This document shows, piece by piece, positions 27,304 to 34,792 of a DNA stretch of 34,792 nt. The position numbers and the translations under genes were made by a program. The notes beneath the pieces are model-generated. The model ran no database searches, had not been told where the DNA came from, and worked only from the letters and a program-made list of their open reading frames with translations. The number at the start of each line of letters is the position of its first letter. Position 1 is the stretch's first letter. Source of the DNA: Pedosphaera sp. (GTDB lineage Bacteria > Verrucomicrobiota > Verrucomicrobiia > Limisphaerales > UBA9464); the NCBI GenBank assembly GCA_009695405.1, contig SIAZ01000001.1, forward strand, positions 1 to 34,792. The letters are read 5' to 3'.

Positions 27304-28067
27304 AGAAAATCCTCCGGATCGACCATCATGTAGCCAGAAGATCGTAGTGTTCGGATAAACTTCGGATTCTTGGGATCGTCATTTAATTTCTTACGCAAAG
27401 CCGAAATATGAACGTCGATCGATCGATCAAAGACGTCGTAGTTACGGTCCCGAATTTCATCAAGCAGTGCTTCTCGACTCTTGACTCGCCCTTTGGCACG
27501 AGCCAAAGAAACCAACAAGTCAAACTCGACAGGCGTCAATACAAGCACCCGATCTCCCATAATTGCCATTCGCGACTCCGGTCGAACCCGAATGGTTCCA
27601 ACAACCCATTCCTCAACTGGATTTGCCGCTGTTGCCGTCACTTTCCCCCGATCTGAGCGCCGTGCCACCGCTCTCAATCGAGCCAATAATTCACGGGTCG
27701 AAAACGTCTTGGGCAAATAATCGTCCGCTCCCATCTCCAACCCGACGATTCGGTCCGCCTCATCTCCTCGGGCCGTCAACATTAACACCGGAACATCCGC
27801 CACAGCTCGAATCCGTTTCAACACTTCAAACCCATCCATGCCCGGTAACATCAAATCCAAAATCACCGCTTGCCAAGCTCCCTCAGATGCTCGCATCACC
27901 CCTTCAGGTCCAGTATGTGCGACCTCCACAACATACCCCATCGGCGACAAATAGTCTCGGATCAATCGACACAGCTTGCGGTCATCATCGATGATTAGTA
28001 TTTTCAACTTCCCAGATACTTCAGTTTCAGGATTCACATTCATAGTCGCCTTTTCTCGCTGCTGCAC
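27300..28067 (-). CDS. OmpR/PhoB-family response regulator, CpxR-like
   Basis: KILIIDDD...ILDLMLPGMDG...VLMLTARGDEADRIVGLEMGADDYLPKTFSTRELLARL receiver domain plus a winged-helix C-terminus (FIRTLRSSGYMM). An alternative start at Met-9 lies at 28043. Confidence 0.9.
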   Translation of the reverse strand: MQQREKATMNVNPETEVSGKLKILIIDDDRKLCRLIRDYLSPMGYVVEVAHTGPEGVMRASEGAWQAVILDLMLPGMDGFEVLKRIRAVADVPVLMLTARGDEADRIVGLEMGADDYLPKTFSTRELLARLRAVARRSDRGKVTATAANPVEEWVVGTIRVRPESRMAIMGDRVLVLTPVEFDLLVSLARAKGRVKSREALLDEIRDRNYDVFDRSIDVHISALRKKLNDDPKNPKFIRTLRSSGYMMVDPEDFL

Positions 28068-28125
28068 TTCCGATTAAGGCAAATGAAACCTCGCGTCGGC
28101 GACATTTACCCTTGCTTAACAATTC

Positions 28126-28144
28126 TACTGAAATCTTCTGAAAC
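28126..28144. promoter_or_regulatory. Candidate response-regulator binding site: two direct repeats 10 bp apart in the divergent promoter
   Basis: TACTGAAAT (28126-28134) and TTCTGAAAC (28136-28144). CTGAAA cores start at 28128 and 28138, one helical turn apart. The site lies between the regulator gene and the EF-hand gene. This is purely sequence-pattern based. Confidence 0.25.
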
Positions 28145-28222
28145 TTCTGGAGTCATCAGTTATCGAAGACCTTCGGCAATTACCGCAGGTATAAAAATAA
28201 AAACAAAACGCAGGATTCTAAA

Positions 28223-28741
28223 ATGAAAAACAGAACGCTCGCACTTCTCTTGGCCTTAGCTACCGCCTCGATCCCTTCCTTCGCTCAAGACAACAACCGT
28301 CCGAACGCACAAGGTGGCGACGGTCAACCTCGACGCTCCGAAAACCGCCGTTCAGACAGACAACGCGGTCCCAGTGGCCCTGATAACAATCAAGGCAATC
28401 GTCCGGAGGGACAACGTGGCCCCGGTGGCCCCGGCAATAACGCAGGTGGCCGTCCGCGTATGCCTTCACCTCTGATCGAAACACTCGACACCAATCACGA
28501 TGGAATTATCGATGCTTCAGAAATTCAAAATGCCTTCGCAACACTGAAGAAACTCGACAAAAATGGCGATGGCAAACTGACCATGGACGAGCTTCGCTCA
28601 CAGCGCCCTGAAGGTGGCCGTGGCCCCGGTGGACCGGGCAATCAAGGTGGACCGGGCAATCAAGGTCGATTTGGAAACCAACAGGAAGGTCGACAGGGTA
28701 ATCGTTCAGAAGGTCGTCCGCAGCGTCCTCAATCCGAATAA
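28223..28741 (+). CDS. Secreted low-complexity protein with two canonical EF-hand Ca2+-binding loops
   Basis: Signal peptide MKNRTLALLLALATASIPSFA. EF loops are DTNHDGIIDASE and DKNGDGKLTMDE. The flanks are G/P/N/Q/R-rich (GPGGPGNNAGGRP, GPGGPGNQGGPGNQG). Confidence 0.85.
   Translation: MKNRTLALLLALATASIPSFAQDNNRPNAQGGDGQPRRSENRRSDRQRGPSGPDNNQGNRPEGQRGPGGPGNNAGGRPRMPSPLIETLDTNHDGIIDASEIQNAFATLKKLDKNGDGKLTMDELRSQRPEGGRGPGGPGNQGGPGNQGRFGNQQEGRQGNRSEGRPQRPQSE
28628..28681 (+). repeat. 18-bp in-frame tandem repeat (two exact copies, one degenerate) inside the EF-hand gene
   Basis: GGTGGACCGGGCAATCAA at 28628-28645 and again at 28646-28663, then the degenerate copy GGTCGATTTGGAAACCAA at 28664-28681. 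It encodes GGPGNQ GGPGNQ GRFGNQ. Confidence 0.85.
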
Positions 28742-28763
28742 ATAGGACACTTGAATTCAACCA

Positions 28764-28798
28764 AGTCCGACGTCGCGCAAGGGGCCTCGGACTTTTTC
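28764..28798 (+). terminator. Weak terminator candidate after the EF-hand gene
   Basis: AGTCCGA (28764-28770), a 16-nt loop, TCGGACT (28787-28793), then TTTTT. The stem is short and the loop large. Confidence 0.35.
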
Positions 28799-28878
28799 AA
28801 AACGACTCCCGAATTCATCTCTCTTCTTGCCGCACTTAATGAGTTATTTGAATCAACGTCGCAGCCAAATTCTCCTCA

Positions 28879-29730
28879 TTATGGAGCTATTTTAGACGGC
28901 TGAAGCGTTTCAAACTCATCTTGGTCCATCAGGATTCGCATCCGCATGCTACTTAAAAATTTCCGGCCTTGCAGCTCTGTTCGCATTGATCGAGTTTCCC
29001 ATACGCCTTCCTTTAAAGGCATTCGTTCAATCGCAAAATTAAGTCGCTGAATCGATGCTGCAATCCCTCCAAAAATATCAAAGGACTTGATCAAATGGGC
29101 ATCCACTCGCGTCAGTTCAAAGGCCGTTGAGTCCACCCAAATCCTCCCATTCAATAGACTGACCATCCGGCTCATCATATCAGCGTCGCTGCCTACCGGT
29201 TTTGGACTAAACGAAAGGACATAATTCGTGCGACCCTCGATTATTTCCTCACCGCTTCTTTGATAATTGAAACGCCGTAAAAGAGCCTCATCAATCTCGC
29301 CTCGCCCATTCTTTCCCTTTTTTGATCCTTCCCGATCCTTGCGAGGTCGCTCTTTTTGATCAGGCTCTTTCTTCCAATCTTCGTCGCCTTCGCTCTCTGG
29401 CTCTTTTCCCCCGTTTCTTTTCTTCCCAGATACCTTCACTGGTTCCCCATTTACTTTTATAAGTCGCAGCGTCTCCACCCCGTTCGAAGAAACCATTCGT
29501 TGTTCACGACTCTTCCGACTGGCCACACCGCCGCTTGCCGCCAACTCTTCCACAGTAGTTATCCGCCGACAGGCATGCCACCGACTTTGCTTATTTTCAG
29601 ATGTCAACCGCGATTGATCAATCATCCGATCTAAAATATCCGTCGCCGAAAGCTCTGCCGCAGATGCACCTGTCCCATTCGTAAAAGCAACCGCAAGTAT
29701 CAGGGATAAAAGCGCAGAACAAACTCGCAT
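28879..29730 (-). CDS. Secreted protein, tentatively LolA/RseB-fold outer-membrane lipoprotein-sorting-like, with a highly charged insert
   Basis: Signal peptide MRVCSALLSLILAVAFTNGTGASA. An A..TA.DIL..M start, EIIEGRTNYVLSFSPKP and GRIWVDSTAFELTRVDAHL resemble LolA-like family patterns as I recall them. There is a K/E/R/G-rich insert, SGKKRNGGKEPESEGDEDWKKEPDQKERPRKDREGSKKGKNGRG. Coding status is solid; the family call is tentative. Confidence 0.55.
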   Translation of the reverse strand: MRVCSALLSLILAVAFTNGTGASAAELSATDILDRMIDQSRLTSENKQSRWHACRRITTVEELAASGGVASRKSREQRMVSSNGVETLRLIKVNGEPVKVSGKKRNGGKEPESEGDEDWKKEPDQKERPRKDREGSKKGKNGRGEIDEALLRRFNYQRSGEEIIEGRTNYVLSFSPKPVGSDADMMSRMVSLLNGRIWVDSTAFELTRVDAHLIKSFDIFGGIAASIQRLNFAIERMPLKEGVWETRSMRTELQGRKFLSSMRMRILMDQDEFETLQPSKIAP

Positions 29731-29860
29731 AGCCCCATTCTAGAGATTGCCGGTTATCAAGGCAATCGATCGTCCTCTTTCATTTACCCTTTCTCTTACC
29801 TTTTTCTCGAAAGCCATTTGGCCTTAGAACCAGACAACGTTACTCTCACCCGGTAATCTT

Positions 29861-30790
29861 ATGGAGAATGTTGTCATCATCGGTACCGGTTGCGCCGGTC
29901 TCACTGCCGCCATCTACACAGCTCGTGCTAATCTCAAACCACTGGTCCTCACTGGAATCATGCCCGGAGGGCTCCTCACCACGACCAGTATCGTCGAGAA
30001 CTTTCCTGGATTTCCAGAAGGGATCGATGGCTACGAACTGATGACTCGTATGCAGGCTCAAGCGGAGAAATTTGGCGCTCAAGTCCGTTTTGCAACGGTC
30101 GAATCCGTCTCTTTTGACTCCGGGCTCATTCAACTCTCCGTGGACGGCGAACCGGTTCAAACAAAAACCCTGATCGTTTCAAGTGGCGCCGGCCACAAGC
30201 ACCTCAATGTCCCGGGTGAAAATGAATTAGAAAAGAAGGGTGTCACTTATTGCGCTACTTGCGATGGAGCTCTGCCTATGTTTCGTAACCAACCGGTGGT
30301 CGTCGTCGGCGGTGGCGACTCAGCCTGCGAAGAAGCTAATTACCTCACTCGCTTCGCTTCGGTTGTTTATCTTGTACACCGACGCGACTCTCTTCGTGCC
30401 TCCAAAATTATGGCTGACCGGCTCTTGGCTAATCCCAAAGTCCAACCCATTTGGGATAGTGCCGTAACCGAAATCACTGATATCGCAGCCGATAAGGTGA
30501 CTGGGGTTAAGCTGAAAAATCTCAAAACGGGGAGTGAATCGACTCTCGCTTGTTCGGGTGTGTTTGCTGCCATCGGGCATGTCCCGAATACCGCTCTCTT
30601 CAAAGGTCATCTCGATCTTCATGGTAACGGTTACTTCAAACCGTCGGGCTTCGTCAGTACTCGCGTTCCCGGTGTCTTTGTGGCCGGTGATTGTGTCGAT
30701 TCGGTTTATCGTCAGGCTATCACAGCTGCGGGTATGGGTTGCGCCGCAGCTATCGAGGCTGAACGTTATCTCGCCAGTCTCGAAGGCTAA
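29861..30790 (+). CDS. trxB: Thioredoxin-disulfide reductase
   Basis: VVIIGTGCAGLTAAIY FAD motif, redox-active CATCDG, VVGGGDSACEEA NADPH motif and GVFVAGDC. Confidence 0.95.
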   Translation: MENVVIIGTGCAGLTAAIYTARANLKPLVLTGIMPGGLLTTTSIVENFPGFPEGIDGYELMTRMQAQAEKFGAQVRFATVESVSFDSGLIQLSVDGEPVQTKTLIVSSGAGHKHLNVPGENELEKKGVTYCATCDGALPMFRNQPVVVVGGGDSACEEANYLTRFASVVYLVHRRDSLRASKIMADRLLANPKVQPIWDSAVTEITDIAADKVTGVKLKNLKTGSESTLACSGVFAAIGHVPNTALFKGHLDLHGNGYFKPSGFVSTRVPGVFVAGDCVDSVYRQAITAAGMGCAAAIEAERYLASLEG

Positions 30791-30798
30791 TCTGCCGG

Positions 30799-31122
30799 AT
30801 GAAATCAATATCCCCCATCGAACTCGCGGCGCGTCTCCTGCTCCCTAATCCTCCCCTTCTTCTCGACGTCAGAGAAACGGAAGAACACGCTTTTTGCTCA
30901 CTCGCTGGCTCCCGACTTCTTCCCCTGTCTGAACTCGCCGCCCGCGCCGCTGAACTCGATGACTGGTCTGATGCCACTGTGGTTGTCTATTGCCACCACG
31001 GAGTTCGGAGCGGTCGAGCTATCGGATTCCTTCAGGCCATGGGCCATACGGATCTCATCAATCTATCGGGCGGCATCGATCAGTGGAGTGAAGATGTGGA
31101 CCCTACTTTAGCCCGTTACTGA
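30799..31122 (+). CDS. Single-domain rhodanese (sulfurtransferase)
   Basis: LLLDVRETEEH and the active-site loop VVVYCHHGVRSGRA. 107 aa. It starts 8 nt after trxB. Confidence 0.85.
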   Translation: MKSISPIELAARLLLPNPPLLLDVRETEEHAFCSLAGSRLLPLSELAARAAELDDWSDATVVVYCHHGVRSGRAIGFLQAMGHTDLINLSGGIDQWSEDVDPTLARY

Positions 31123-31247
31123 ACATCCGAAGGGACCGCGCTTTCCACACAGATTCCTCTTTGTAAAACGTGCAATTATTCGCTCAAGCTGATCAACTCG
31201 GTTCTGTCCCTTACCCTCCAACATAAAAACTCTCCCCCTCTCCCTCC

Positions 31248-32765
31248 TTGAGCGATTCTCTTCCTCCTCAATTCTCTCGTCGCGATGCTGTCAAAGCTCT
31301 TGTGGTGGCAGGCGCATTGAGCTTTGACCCCACCTCCTCCACCACGGCTTCTTCCGTGCCCTCCGTTGGAGGTTCCGCTCAGGTCCTCGCCGAGAATCGT
31401 CGTCTTGGGACACACGATTGGATGCTGACTAAAACACGGATTGATCCCAAAACACGCTATCGATGCCCTTGGATTGAAGGTTATGCCTCTCAAACTCGGG
31501 TCCGAGCGGGCGATCGCCTCACTTTCTTTGTTAGCACCAATCCAACCTCCGATTTCACCATCGATATTTTTCGATTGGGCTATTACCAAGGACACGGTGG
31601 ACGGCACCTCAAACATCTAGGCCCTTTCCAAGGGCAGGTTCAAGCGGATCCAGACATTGGCCCGAAGCGATTACGAGCCTCACATTGGCAACCTTCCGCA
31701 ACTCTTCGCATTCCCACCACTTGGCTCAGCGGTGTTTATGTAGCGAAACTCACCGAAGCGCGGGAAGGACTTCAAAGCTACATCATCTTCATCGTCCGAG
31801 ATGATCGACGTTCCGATTTTCTCTATCAATGTTCCGATAATACCTGGCAGGCCTACAACCGTTGGCCGTCTCAATTCTCACTCTACGACGATGGTAAAGA
31901 TGAATGGTATTGGGGCGGTGGAGTTCAAGTGGGTTTTGACCGACCCTACGGGAAGTACTGCCAAATCCTTGATCAACCGCTCTCAATCGGTTCTGGTGAG
32001 TTCTTTCTCTGGGAATTCCCCTTTGTTTACTGGCTAGAAGCTCATGGCTTTGACGTCAGCTATATTTCCAACACCGATACCCATTCCGACCCCGCTGGTT
32101 TACTTCGCGCTCGAGGTCTTATTAGCTGCGGTCACGATGAATACTGGTCTATCGAAATGTTTCGTAATGTTCAAAACGCCATCAGTGCCGGACTCAATGT
32201 CGGCTTTTTCTCTGGAAACGCTGTCTGTGGTCGGATCCAACACGACGCCACGGGTCGAGCCTTTGAAAGAACTGGGGTTTTTGGCCCCCCCGGAGGCACC
32301 CGAGAATTCGTAGCCATGGCTTCCCTCTCACACGAACGTCCCTACGCCAATGAATTAGTTGGCGCTCATAGTACAGGGCCGGTAACGGGCGGGGCCGACT
32401 GGATTTGTTCTCTTCCAAACCACTGGATTTACGAGGGAACAGGCATGAAACAAGGCGACAAAATTCCTGGAGTTATCGGCTGGGAATACCACGGTGAACC
32501 TGCCCCCATCCCCGGACTCGAGATCGTAGCGACCGGTCCCATTCAGGAGTCCGAAGGAAAACTCAATGGAGGCGTTTATACGGGAACAGTTTACCCGGGA
32601 CCGAAGGGTAATATCGTCTTCAACGCTGCCACTTGCTGGTGGGCCGATGGTTTGTCCACGCCTCCCGGCTATATTCGACCCAAAGTCTACACCGCACCCC
32701 AAGGCCCAGACGACCGCCTTCGCCGAATTACTCTGAATATCCTCAACCGAATGCGGGGGCGTTAA
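31248..32765 (+). CDS. Tat-signal exported protein, tentatively N,N-dimethylformamidase beta-subunit-like family
   Basis: Twin-arginine motif SRRDAVKALVVAGA at the N-terminus, which requires the TTG start at 31248. Motifs LGYYQGHGGR, TWQAYNRW and GHDEYWS resemble that family as I recall it; this is unverified. Confidence 0.55.
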   Translation: MSDSLPPQFSRRDAVKALVVAGALSFDPTSSTTASSVPSVGGSAQVLAENRRLGTHDWMLTKTRIDPKTRYRCPWIEGYASQTRVRAGDRLTFFVSTNPTSDFTIDIFRLGYYQGHGGRHLKHLGPFQGQVQADPDIGPKRLRASHWQPSATLRIPTTWLSGVYVAKLTEAREGLQSYIIFIVRDDRRSDFLYQCSDNTWQAYNRWPSQFSLYDDGKDEWYWGGGVQVGFDRPYGKYCQILDQPLSIGSGEFFLWEFPFVYWLEAHGFDVSYISNTDTHSDPAGLLRARGLISCGHDEYWSIEMFRNVQNAISAGLNVGFFSGNAVCGRIQHDATGRAFERTGVFGPPGGTREFVAMASLSHERPYANELVGAHSTGPVTGGADWICSLPNHWIYEGTGMKQGDKIPGVIGWEYHGEPAPIPGLEIVATGPIQESEGKLNGGVYTGTVYPGPKGNIVFNAATCWWADGLSTPPGYIRPKVYTAPQGPDDRLRRITLNILNRMRGR

Positions 32766-32979
32766 TCATCCCAATCCCGCTTCCACCGACCACCAATCAG
32801 GGTATTGGCGTCACGAACTCTAGCCTTTATAGTCGAACTGAACCGTTCCTTGGATAGCACCTCAAAACCAGAGCAGTTGGATTAGTTTTATTGGTTAATT
32901 GGCTTCATTCCTTGATCCAAGTTCCCTCAAGAGTGGAGTGGCTTCCAGTGACCAAACTTGGGCCCAAGCCCCAAACCGG

Positions 32980-34565
32980 CTATTTAATTTTTTTGGCGAC
33001 GACGAACTCCTGAGCAATCACCGCTTGCCTCGGTTTCCCCCAAGGATCCAGCGTATCAAATCTTGAATAGACGAACACAAACCGATCCGGACCTGTCGCG
33101 ACAAAGTTAGGATTGCAGCAACTCTTTTCTTCAAAGGAATTTTTCCAAGGCTTCACGAGGGTGATATCATTACCCCAATTTTCACCACGACCATCCGCCG
33201 AAAACATAAGAAACACTCTAGGTCGACCGTAGGCGCGGACTGCCACGCCATTCGCCAGCATCAGCCCAGTAACTATCCCAGCACTACAAGGCCGAATCGG
33301 TTTCGCTTCAGACCAATTCTTTCCCTCATCGCTCGAACGTCGCATCAACAAAGGCCCCCCTCCAGAACAGTACATTCCACCTGTCCGATAGAACGCCAAC
33401 CAATCGCCATTGGAAAAGCGAGGCTCCAAATGGGCACGTCGTGTCTGAAAAAATGTCCCATAAACAGAGGCCGGAATGGAGGCTGCAAAGGTCCAAGTCC
33501 TTCCTCGGTCCATACTCTTCCAAACATAATTCTCAGGTTGTGGCACAAAGGAACCGTCTGCACCCAAATCAGACATCGGCCGCAAGCGCGGATCAGCGTC
33601 CAAGGTGACCAGTATTGAACCGTCTGCACGTTCGACCAGTAACCCAGCTGCCCATGGATCCGACCTTAAAAATCCATGGGTTATTGGGGGCGGACCTGAT
33701 AAATTAAAGCGAATTACCGGACGTGTTCGTCCCCCTTCAGTCACCTCCTCTGCCGTCCCTAGTAACAAGGTCTGAGGATCCCATTGTGCCGACGTTTCAG
33801 TCCAAAATTCTTGCTTTGATTTCCGAGTAAACAACGGTATCGACCTCGCTTTTAAGGGCAGATCTCCCAGTCGATAATAATTTCCCGCATGAGCTTTAAT
33901 CACCCCCGCATCCACCGAGACTTCACGCGATTGAAAACGAATCTCTTCTCCATTGGAGAGTAATGTCGCAATATCCGAGATCGGCCGACCTGCCCCTTGA
34001 TCTAAGGTCGCCAAATGTTGCCATTCTTTACCGGAGGGATTTGAAAGATAGTTGAGATATTCGTGCGCTTTGGTGTACCGGCCATCTCCATCGCCCCCAA
34101 CATAAACTCGCACTAAAAGATGCCCCTCTCGCAGCCTGTGAATACTGGGAAACATATAGTGCCCCCAACGATCAAATCCGTAGGCTGCTAGGTTATTCTC
34201 GCGGTTCATCACATCCCCTTCGGGACCGTACATCACCACCTCCGGCTTGCCTGATTGAACCACGACGCCAACATCCGGCGAATCCTTGGCGGTAACAACC
34301 CCCGCCAAAAAAAAATTTGTGCCTGCAAATAGGCTAACCGAAGCGCCGCATCCAGACCGGTCCCCTCACCTGTCACATCGATCCCTTCAACACCTTGGGC
34401 TTGAGCCCACTTGAGTACGCGTACTTCGGCACCAGCAGCGGTCACATGAGGGCGATAGTTCAAATAATCGATGACTCGATCGCCAAACTCCCCTAGATCC
34501 GCAGCGGCAAAGATTTGGGCAACCACGACGCAACTGAGCATAGCAAATAATCGGGCTATCATCAT
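32980..34565 (-). pseudogene. BNR/Asp-box (sialidase-like) beta-propeller protein, split by a frameshift in a 9-nt homopolymer
   Basis: The downstream ORF (32980-34308) has the Asp-boxes SMDRGRTWT, SSDEGKNWS and SADGRGENWG. The upstream ORF (34233-34565) supplies the signal peptide MMIARLFAMLSCVVVAQIFAAA. The two frames meet at the A9 run (T9 on the coding strand) at 34307-34315. Adding one T gives a continuous reading, ...LAYLQAQIFFLAGVVTAKDSPD... Confidence 0.75.
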
Positions 34566-34645
34566 TTTTGAATTTCAAATTTGAATACCGAATAAAAGAG
34601 AATATTGATTTGAGATCGCAGCGTTTTTTGAAGTCCTCTTCGTAT

Positions 34646-34792
34646 TGAGGTGGACCCCGAAAACTGGACCAGCGGTTAAGTTATGGTTTTGCGGGTTTGA
34701 TCAACGACAAAATGATCAGACCAATGAAAACCAAAACCAAACGGAAAAGACACAGTTCAGCGTTCAAAGCGAAGGTGGGGATGGAGGCGCTG
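34646..34792 (+). mobile_element. Left end of an IS3-family insertion sequence (runs off the window)
   Basis: The sequence from 34646, TGAGGTGGACCCCGAAAACTGGACC, resembles IS3-family terminal inverted repeats (TGA.GTGG....AAAACTGG as in IS911-like ends). The orfA start lies 66 nt inside. Confidence 0.6.
34712..34792 (+). CDS. IS3-family transposase OrfA (HTH_Tnp_1), N-terminal 27 codons only
   Basis: MIRPMKTKTKRKRHSSAFKAKVGMEAL matches the characteristic ..RKR.S.EFKAKVALEAL start of IS3/IS911-type OrfA. It is truncated by the window end. Confidence 0.7.
   Translation, partial: MIRPMKTKTKRKRHSSAFKAKVGMEAL

Noticed and set aside
28105-28120. E. coli-type CpxR box (GTAAA-N5-GTAAA) in the divergent promoter
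   Set aside because: The nearest match is TTTAC-N6-TTAAC, with one mismatch and the spacing off by one. An enterobacterial consensus cannot be assumed for a distant phylum. The phased CTGAAA repeats are the better candidate.
32957-32968. 12-nt perfect palindrome CTTGGGCCCAAG downstream of the BNR gene as a terminator
   Set aside because: Folded, it gives only a 4-bp stem with a 4-nt loop and no following T-run on the relevant strand. It is too weak to call.

Overview
The window looks like a mostly core chromosomal segment from a PVC-superphylum bacterium, probably Verrucomicrobiota. This is inferred from a DUF1549/DUF1553 (PSCyt2/PSD1) protein, a cytochrome-c::beta-propeller dehydrogenase fusion and a complete rod-shape gene set; no search was run. 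Mobile-element debris flanks it on both sides. The left edge (about 122-1549, minus strand) holds a decayed group II intron whose reverse transcriptase is broken by two in-frame stops and a frameshift, carries YADD->YAND and is 3'-truncated. The right edge (34646-34792) holds the left end and first 27 codons of an IS3-family transposase. Between them are well-recognisable housekeeping genes: cyt c-fused sugar dehydrogenase, nadD, mqo, a CE4 polysaccharide deacetylase, a TonB-dependent receptor, dxr, the cell-elongation cluster mreB-mreC-mreD-mrdA(PBP2)-rodA followed by an RNase G/E gene, eno, gmd, queG, a CpxRA-like two-component pair, trxB and a rhodanese. I did not find a convincing, self-contained, clearly novel multi-gene system. 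The best candidates for follow-up are: (1) an uncharacterised membrane-anchored coiled-coil protein with an MreC-like layout, plus a tiny lipoprotein, directly upstream of mreB; (2) an envelope-signalling cluster in which the CpxRA-like pair is divergently paired with a secreted two-EF-hand low-complexity protein and faces a LolA/RseB-fold-like periplasmic protein; (3) a BNR/sialidase-like gene split exactly at a 9-nt homopolymer, next to the IS3 end; (4) a 147-codon disordered extension or long leader in front of the RNase G core. All family assignments come from reading motifs in the supplied translations, and boundaries of non-coding features are approximate.
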